A DNA stretch of 64,000 nucleotides, from positions 323,300-387,299 of the forward strand of contig MU062811.1 in assembly GCA_013265495.1 (NCBI GenBank), given 5' to 3'. The notes under the pieces were generated by a model. It was not told the origin of the DNA. It ran no database searches and worked only from the letters and a program-made list of their open reading frames with translations. Below are positions 49,801 to 58,800 of this stretch, one piece after another. The DNA is from Vicugna vicugna (lineage: Eukaryota). A program made the position numbers and the translations under genes. Position 1 is the stretch's first letter. The number at the start of each line of letters is the position of its first letter.

Positions 49801-52800
49801 GGCCCCAGGATGCGTCCCGTCTCAGTCTGTCACGTCTGCCTTCTCCCGTCTGTGGTCCCCAGCGTGTTCTGCACTTGCCCCATGAGTTGTGTCCACGTGG
49901 CCATGTCTGATGCCTGGGCCCTCTTGGGCCCAGGGTTGGCAGGCAGCCGCCATGGCCATGGCTTGGGGTGCAGGCCAGCAGGGCCCCTGGCAAATGGGGC
50001 CCTGACTGCTGGCCCCCCTTCAACTACTAAAAAACCCCTTGAGGCTTGCTCGGCTCCTGCCAGGGGACTGCCCTTGAACTCAGGGAAGAGAGGGCCGTGA
50101 GGCCGGGCTGCTCCCTGCCCCTCCCCAGGCCGGCAATGGTGGTGGTGGGGGGGGACCCAGCCTCCGCGCTGTGAGCAGCTAAGACACCAGCCGCACGGGT
50201 GCCCAGCAGCCGGGCCCCGATGGAGCTTGCCCCTCCGCAGCAGCTCCCACACTTGGGGTGCCTCTCCCAGGTGCTGGAGGTGCTGGAGGTGAGCAGCAGC
50301 CTGTCAGTTTAGGGCCAGGAGGGGACTTGCCCACAGGCCCAGGCCCTGCCACTGAGATGTGCCTCAGCCGAGATGGGGGGGGGAGTCTGGGAATCCCGCT
50401 GGGCAGTATCTGAGGGCAGGGCCGGGGGTCCTGGAGCACCAGGACAGGAGCTCCTTTCTCACCCACCATCCGCCGCCCTGAGAGGCAGGCCAGCCCTGGC
50501 AGCCTTCCTCTGGAGCAATGCTGGGTCTCCCCCAACAACCAGGGACTGCTCGGGAGCCCCCCCCCATGGGCTTTCCAGGACCAGTGACCGTGTCACCGCA
50601 TGGTGTGTGCCTGGGGCACAGGAAGCTTCCTGAGATTACATTACCCTCTGAACCCCCTTCAACCCAAGGCCAAACCCAGCTGGCAGGAACAACCCCTCTG
50701 TCCACCACACTTCCCAGGAAAGGCACTACACCGCGGGTTCCAGAAGGCCCACGGCCCTGACAGGGCTAGCGGGAGAGCCTGTCCTCAGGGAGCAGCTGCT
50801 GGCCGGCTCCACCCTCCTCGCCAGGGCCCAGCAGCCAGAGACCCGGGGCTGTGACGGAGGGAGAGAGAACAGAGGTCGTGTTCCGCGGGGCCAGCCTGGG
50901 AAGTGCAGCCCTGCCTGCCTTTGGCCAGCGAACACCGAACACTGGATGTGATTTGGAGCTAACACGCCCACATTTAGTCCTTGAGTGTTCCCTGAGGACC
51001 TGCGCTAGTCCCCAGACACCAAGCCACTGGTGTCAGTGTGAGCAGCGGTGGGGGGGCGGCCTGAGGCAGAATCTGGGCAAGGGTGGTGGGGCCAGCTGCA
51101 CCGTGGCCTCCCAGCCCGCGGGCCCCTCTGGCTGCACCCCACCCCCTTCCCTTCGAAGCTGTGTGACTCATCAGAGCCTGCAGGCCAGGAACAGTGTGCT
51201 GGGGTCAGAGCACCGGCCCCTAGGCCTTTGCTGCCTCCACCAGAGACGGGTGGCTGGCAGTAGCTGCTGCTTCCACTGCATGTAGCTCGTCTTTGACATC
51301 TGGCGCTGTCGACACCTTGCTTTCCTTCTTGGAAGCGGTTTACAGAGGAAATCCTGCACTGTGGCCTCTCACCCTGAGACGGGGCATGGGTGGCCCTGCC
51401 CCTCCCGAGAGTTGGCGGAACAACTGGTTCGAGGTCACGAGGAGTGACAAGGTGCCTGGGCATCGCCGCAGCCAGGAGGCACTTCACAAACCAACTGCCT
51501 GAGAGGCTGAAGAACTGGAGAGTCTTAGTCCCAGTGTTGCGGGACGTTCCTGGAGCATCTAGGACGCTCTCCCGAGGGGTCCAAGGAGCAGCTGGGGCCT
51601 GGATACAGCCTGGCATGCGGCCACGGCAAAGGGGGGCACAGGACACAGAAGCCAGAGTCCCTGAGATGGCGCCCCCTTCCCCCCGGAGAAAGAGGGCCCC
51701 TTGGCCAGATGCGCCCGTGTCATCCTGGCCTCGGCCTCCCCACAGTTCAGAGGGTCGTTCCACTCCACAATCTGAGGCCTCCCTACTACAAAGCCAGCAA
51801 CACCTGCTGGATGAGCGGGAGGGCTCGGGCCACAGGTGACTCTGCCTGTGGTGGGGGCAGAGCTCACAGGTGGGGGACTCAGGTGACAGGCAGGACACCA
51901 GCTCTGCTCTGGTTCCCAGAGACACATGGCTACATGCGACCCTGACATCTACCACTCCTCCCCACCCAAGACACACTCTTCCCTGCGTGAGGAAGCGTGC
52001 AGCCTGCGGACGGTGGGTACCACATCTGTCTTCTAAGCAGACTGTAGGTCTGCTTAGAAAATTAAAATACAGGTCGTTGCCGGAGCATTTTCATCAATTC
52101 ATTACTAAGATTTGACAGTTTTCAAATCTGTCTGCAGGACTGCTTTTCAGTCACAGAGCACTTCATTTTAAGGCGCAGGGGCTGGACTCACTAATCCTCT
52201 CCTCTGGAGCCCCTGAATAGAGACCCAATTCCAGGCTTTTATAAATTGAGCATAATAATCCTTATGAGCTTAGAATGAGAAGCAGGAACCCACAGTCTCA
52301 CAGCTTTCCTTAAAAACCTTCATGTTCCAGTAAACAAGCCCTTCAACACGGGGGCTGAGCAGAGTCTTGAGTCAGGCCACCGGCCTCCCTTCGAGACAAA
52401 GGCCAGGAGGGGACTCAGGGCCCCATGGGGAAGCGATGCAGGGCTTCCCTCTGCATTTGCACCACACAGACCACGCTAACCAGCTCTCACTGTGAACAGA
52501 ACAGCCGTGGACACGACCCCCCCAAACCAAGATGCTCTCCTATGTTCTGGATCAAAGAACATTTGGGTGGCGTGGAGGCCGAAGGGCAAAGGTTTGACAC
52601 AAAGACCATGGTATCCACGTTCAGGGTCACCATAGCTCCAGGGGGTTCCCCTTCAATCACACCCCAAGCCGCCCATCTCAACACAGCATGACCATGGTGA
52701 GCACAGTGCCCTGACCTTTCTGTTGGCCGGACCACGCAGACCAATCTGACAGCAACCCTAGACTTCGCTGTCTGCCAGGGCTCGGCACCCCTGTTGGCCC

Positions 52801-55800
52801 CAGTGGAGCCCAAGCCTCCCTCTGGTCCCAGAATTCCAGCTGCAAGACCTTAAGCAACTCAGAGCCTCATGGTTCTCTCTGCAAAATAGGAATGGCGCTC
52901 CCCTATGACCAAGTTCTTTTTAGGATGAGAAACGGGATAAAGGTGCTTATTTAGCATTTCCACCAAAGTTGGGGACCGTCGTCACTAGCAGTGGTGCCTT
53001 TGCCTCACCTGCATACACCCGCCATCGAGCTGTGTTTTGGGAGTGCCTGCCATGCGCCTGGGCCCCACGATCACAGTCTGCTGCCCGCTCATTCCAGGAG
53101 CGTGGGAGCTCCGGGCTGCAGAGGGTGGGCCAGCCCCCTCAGCTCAGGGGGCTAACACCAAAGAAACGGACTCGCAGGGCCCAGCTAGGCAGGAGCCTCT
53201 GGAAGCCGCAGCCAGTTTAGCCGTCCTTCCCAGGAGCCCCCCGCCCGCCCTGCTGGGCCTGGCACGGCCCGCTGCGCTGCGGACAGGGCTCTCCCCGCGG
53301 TGGCCCCACAGGGCGCCGTGCCAGGCCGCAGTCGCGCTCCCTAACTCAGCGGCCTCCGCTCCAGGCCCGTGTTCCTGGAGGCTCCCGGAAGAGCCCAGCT
53401 GAGCTGCACACGCTGTAGCCGAGACTGGGCCTGCGAAGACGCCGCACCTGCGGGCCATGCGGGAGATGGACCTGACTCCCCGCCACCGCTGGCAAAACAG
53501 CGGCACCTTGGCCAAAGCAAAGCCAGCTGCGAGGGACCAAGCTTCCAGGGACAGGCCAAGAGGTCCCTCGGGCTGCCGTGGGCTCGCCAAGGAGGTCAAC
53601 CAAGGACCCTGAGCCCTGCAGCCAGCGGGGCGGGGAGTAGAGGAGATCAGCACAGAAACAAGTTAAACCCTCACCATGACCGGAATCCTGGCCCAGACCT
53701 GAGGGGGAGGGCTTCCTGTAGGAGGCACACTTCTTGGGGCAGGGAATCTGGCAAAGGCAAGGAGGTGAGCAGAGAAAGCAGAAGAGGCAGAGAGGCTGGC
53801 AGGGCTGGGGGCTGGGCAGTGAGCAACTTGGAAAGCGCTTGAGGACGGATGCCCGGGGGCATCAAGGAGGAAGGCGGGGTGGGGGACACAGGGACACAGC
53901 TGGAGCGTCCCTGCAGCCACACACAGAGGCGGGTGTTTCCCACTAACTCCCTGAAGGGCAGAAACTCACCAGTGTCCCCCGACACCAACCGGGAAGGAAA
54001 TGGCCCTGAGGAGGAGGCCGGAGCTGGGAGAGCTGTGGGTCCCAGAACCAGGGGAGGGTGCTGAGAGGAGGAACTGAGAGGTCCCAAGCAAAGTGGCCTG
54101 TCGGGGCAGCGCCCCGGGATGCCGTCTCCGCCTTAGTCTTCTGCTGGCAGGTGGACACAGTGGGCATTTCCATAAAGGGCCAGAGCACGGGTGTCTACGG
54201 CTCTGCGGGCCTCTCCCCACCGCACACTCTCTCTCTCAACCCCTTTAAAAGTGTGGACACCGGCCTTAGGTCAAGGGCCAAACCAGAACAGGCGTGGACA
54301 GGGTTTGACCCACAGGCCGTGGTTTGCCCACCCAGGGCCAGGACACACTGGAGTCGGGTGCCCAGCTGGAGCCTAAGCGGGGAGGGGCCCCCTGCGGTTC
54401 CTCTTGTTGGAGCCCCTGTCTGGGCGGCTCAGAGGGCAGGTGGCTCAGGGGGCCCTCACAGGGGCTGAGCTCCTCCTAGGAAGCCGCCATCACAAGTGGC
54501 TGCGGCGCCTTGACCTTGACACTGGAGCTCCCGGCCTCTGACTCTCATGCTGGCCTCGGCTTGAGAGGCCTGGGTCTTTCTGACAGCACAGTCTTCATGG
54601 GGAGTCACAAGAGCCCAGAGCAGGGTGGGGTCACCCAGGAGAAGGCCTCAGCTTGCAGACAGAATGTTCTAGGGGGCCAGGAGAGCGCTGTGCCTCACTG
54701 GGTCCAAACAGGACACTCTGCCAGGCCGGCCTCTCTCTGCCTTCCTGCTGTCCTGGTGGCCTCCCCGACCAAGCACTCATCTGTGTCCCTGACCCAGGCT
54801 CCTTGCTGTGACGGCCCTACTTGGACACGGGTCTGGACCCGGCCTGCAGAGGGAAGCTAGGCATCTGGCAGGTCCAGAGTCAGCTCCAGTTTTCAAGTTT
54901 CCCCAAAAATGTAATGTTTTAAATTTCAATTTGTTAGTAATTTTTTAATTTGTAAAGGTCACTAACCATCGGCTTTTTTACAAGGAACTAGGAATGCTCA
55001 GCTGTTGGGGGCCTGGGGGCTCCTCCCCAGAGCAGACTGGCTCCTGAGCCAGGGGGCTGTCCCCCTCGCCCCCACGCAGCTCGGTGGCCTCCAGCCTTGG
55101 GTGCTGGGTCCTCAGACCCTGGCAACTGCATGTGGTTGTAAAAGAGCCACACCTCTGAGCTCTTAAAAGGAAAAACACTCCAAGCACTGCCCAGCTCCCA
55201 CCACCAAGACTAAATCACACTGGTGTGAATAAAGCGCCTCCCTGAGTGCCGGGTGCTCAGGGGCGGAGGTCTCCCTCCCCTCTCATCCATGTGCACCTTT
55301 CCGGTGCGGCTCGGGGTCGGGTCCTGCGCTATGAATGCTTGTGGCCGAGGCATGCGTGCCCCTCACCTGAGTGACAAAGCCCTTGCACGACAAAAGCTGT
55401 TAAACTGCAGGAGGCACTTGGGCATTTTTCTAACTAAGCCCCTCCCTGACTGGGTCACTGACGCCTGTCCTGATGGTCATGTTCACACTGCAGATAAACC
55501 CGAGGAGATAGTCCCAGCCCCTAAGCCATCGCGAACCGCTGAGAGTGTGGCCGTGGAGTCCAGGGTGGCCACCATCAAGCAGCGGCCCACGAGCCGGTGC
55601 TTCCCGCCCGTCTCTGACATGAACGTGAGTGGCTGGGGCCAGGGGAGTGGGCGGCAGGTGGGCAGGGGTGGAGATGGCCGTCCCCGTGGCTACAGTTCAC
55701 ACCCTCCCCGTGCGGTCCAGACCCGGAGCCCTGGTCCCAGAGGCACCAGCGGGAGACAGAGCGGGCTGGAGCCCGGGTCTGGCACTCGCTCACCCTGTCA

Positions 55801-58800
55801 CTTCCGCTCAGTCCCTCGACCCGGAGGGTCTTCCTGCAGCCCACCTCTGACTCCTGAGGCGGCGAGGCCTCCGCAAACAGCCGGTGCCTGCGGAGAGCCG
55901 CTGCCCAGGCCGTGCCCCCCATCCCTACGTGGTGAGCAGAGACCCCAGGCCATCAAGGGCTGGCAGAGCCGCCCAGTCCCTGTGTCAGCTGCTCCTCAGT
56001 TTTCCAGAGGCAGCTGCCTGCACCCCAGCTTTGTACCTCATGTGGACCTGAGCACACCTATTACCATTACTGACTTAGTGTGTTTTCTGAAGCCACTTCA
56101 CACTGACTGTTTAACCTCACCTTTTCTTAAACAATAACCCCCATAAGTACCATCAATTTGACATGACAGTTTTTTAAACATGTGTTAAAACAAACACAGC
56201 TGCTGATGATAACAATTAGAGCGTTCACCCTGCCCCTCCTCCTCATCTCCGGAACTCCTGGGGCGGCTTCCCTCCCCCGGTCCCTGCCCCTCACTGCGCC
56301 CTGTGCCCTCCTTGTCCCAGACGCCTTGTCCCCAAGCCCAGCACCAGGCTGCAGAGCAAAAAGCCAGGCCCGGTGAGACTGGGCCACATAGGAACAGCCT
56401 GAGGCGTGCGCACCAGACCCCTAAAACGTGCACACGTCTCCTCTGGGCTGCACAGCCGACATTGCTCCCAAGTCACCGTTCAGTGTGGGGGGTGGGGCGG
56501 CCAGCAATCTCCGTTTTCCAGTCAAGGAAGCAGCAGGGGCCGCACAGGGCATCTATTTCACCACCAGAGGAGGTGGGCGCTGGGCTCCTTCTGGACCAGG
56601 CAGAGGAGGCAGGGCTGGGACAGCCCGCCTGGGCTGCTGCCGTCAGCCCACTGTGTGGAGGAGGACGTGGCCAAGGGCGGACCCCACTCCGGCCAGCGGG
56701 TACTCTCTCCTAGGACACCTCATTCTCAGTCGGTCAAGTCAGGCGGGCCACGGCTCCACCGGGCAGGGCTTACGGGCATTTGGAGGGCGGGGAGGGCCCT
56801 TTTTGGTGTGCTCTGTCGTCAGCCTCCGCTGGACAGTTCAGCGCCCCCTGCCTGGGGTTCCCGTGTCTGGCCCAGCACATCTCACCTGGCCCCCTGGTTT
56901 GCAGTCCGTGTACGAGCGCCAGGGGATCGCTGTGATGACGCCCACTGTTCCTGGGAGCCCGAAAGGCCCGTTTCTGGGCCTCCCTCGAGGTACGATGCGA
57001 AGGCAGAAATCAATAGGTAAGCAGCATGGCCACACCCACGAAGGTGCCCCCTGGCTCTCAGCACCCCGGCAGTGCCCCCTGAGCAGCCCCCAGGCCTGCC
57101 CACCAGAGGGCGGGCACTCAACCTCACCCCCAGGAGCCCTTGGAACCCTGAGCCATCTGAAACTTTTCTATCCTCTGGATACCGACCTGGGGTGGCTTCC
57201 CCAGCCTCGCAATCCCAGTACCTGTGACAGTCCCAGCAGGGGGAGGGGCCGCATGGCAGGAGGGAGGCAAAGGTGGGCAGGCGAGGTCCCGAAGCCCCCA
57301 GCCCCCCCATGCGCGTCAGAGTGGGCCGGCAGCGTGGGCCCCTGTCCTGTGTTCCCTGCCGCCCTATGGTGACGGCCACTGCCAGGCTTTGCCGATGAGC
57401 TCAGCGGGCACACTTGTGAGGGTGGCGGGTCAGGTCCCTGAATTCTAAGAATACAACGTGTTGTGTGTTGTGGAAACTGCCGCCTTCCTGTTAAGGCCAC
57501 CAGGACTTCCACTGACTGTCCGGGCAAGGTAATGTGACCCTTCAGACAGTCCCTCTGTGAGGTCACCCGGCACTGTCTGTACCGTGTAAATTCTCCAGGA
57601 AGCGAAGGCCACCGCCGGACAGTTGTGGCCCCTTGTTAAAGAGGACAGTGTATGCGGCAGCCACCCCGGGACACTGCTCTGTGTCCGGGAAAGGCCCCCA
57701 GCACCGCGGCCTGAGATGTGGTGTCTCTGTCACTAGTCCGAGGTGGACTGCAGCAGGCAGGAGCTAAGCCATGAGGGATGGTGGAGGTGGTATCTGCCGT
57801 CCCTCAGAGTCACCCCCCGGAGCTCAGGGCCACTGCAGAGCAGCGCACGCGCCGCGCCGCGTCACTGGCTCTGTGCCTGGGTAATAACACCTGATTTCCT
57901 CCTGTCAGACAGCAGAATCTTTCTATCAGGTTAGTAGACCTTACAGCTTGGAATCTGTAATATGAATGTAACCCAGTTTACTGTATAAGGTGTATTCTTA
58001 AATTATTACTCCTTGGGAACTAATCGTCAGGCAACCACCACGTACAAATGGTCCAGAAGGAAGGCCTTTTAGCAACCATCTTTGAGATGCCAAAATGTCT
58101 TCCCACAAGGAGTATGTGAAATTTGGAATACCCTTATCGAACGAACTTTTCATCGGGATAAATTACTGTAGTTTGTCCCAGGAGTTTTTTTGATTTCAAG
58201 TAACTCACTTTGTAACCTCTTTGGAAGACCTGCATGCCCCCAACGTGAGGCGTCTGTCCGTGTCTGTGTGTTTCGCCTCTTGTCTCCCAGAGTGCCTTCT
58301 GTTGATGTTTTTATGTATCAGACTGTCTCGAGGAGAGTCTGAGGTCCTACCCAGTCCACACACGCAGGGCTCTCGGCCCTATGAGGCAGGGTGCCACCAT
58401 CACCATCGCAGGCACGTACTGTGCACTCACACCCAACACCCATGCGCTCCGTTAGGTCAAGTCACCCAACATGGACCCTGGTCAATCGTGATTGCGGGAA
58501 ACTGCTACGCCCCTTGTCCCAGCCCAGAGGGTCTTAAGGTGAGACCCAGAAGGGGCTCACTGGGGCCAGCGGCCAAGTGTCTGCTCAGGATCCTGCTGCT
58601 GGCTTGGGCTGGTGTCTTGGGTTAGAGGGTCCAGGCTCCCTTCCCTCGGGCCTGTTTCAGGTCAGAGCAGCCTGCTCCTGCCGGCTGCCTCTCAGCCATC
58701 CTCCTGAGGGCCCGGGGAGCGTCAGACCCTCAGGTGGCCCAGAGACGTCGGGCAACAACAAAAAATTTGGGTTCCTGCAGTGTGGGCAAGGCTATCCCAG

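Noticed and set aside
51005-51976. 323-aa minus-strand ORF, and the many other 60-250 aa intronic ORFs
   Set aside because: Low-complexity G/P/R/A/C-rich translations overlapping in several frames and strands, with no domain or splice context; expected in stop-poor GC-rich DNA.
1383-52375. About ten scattered AP-1 heptamers (TGAGTCA/TGACTCA)
   Set aside because: Isolated and unclustered; such 7-mers are expected by chance over 64 kb.
55253-56137. 294-aa ORF containing DKPEEIV...SDMN
   Set aside because: Only 55494-55624 is coding; the flanks are intronic read-through.
57058-57078. REST/NRSE-like tcagcaccccggcagtgcc
   Set aside because: The right half lacks the GGACAG core (one base missing).
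56428-57372. 314-aa ORF containing SVYERQG...RQKSI
   Set aside because: Only 56905-57016 is exon; the frame stays open on both intronic sides, which points to GC content. An intron-retention extension is possible but has no support here.
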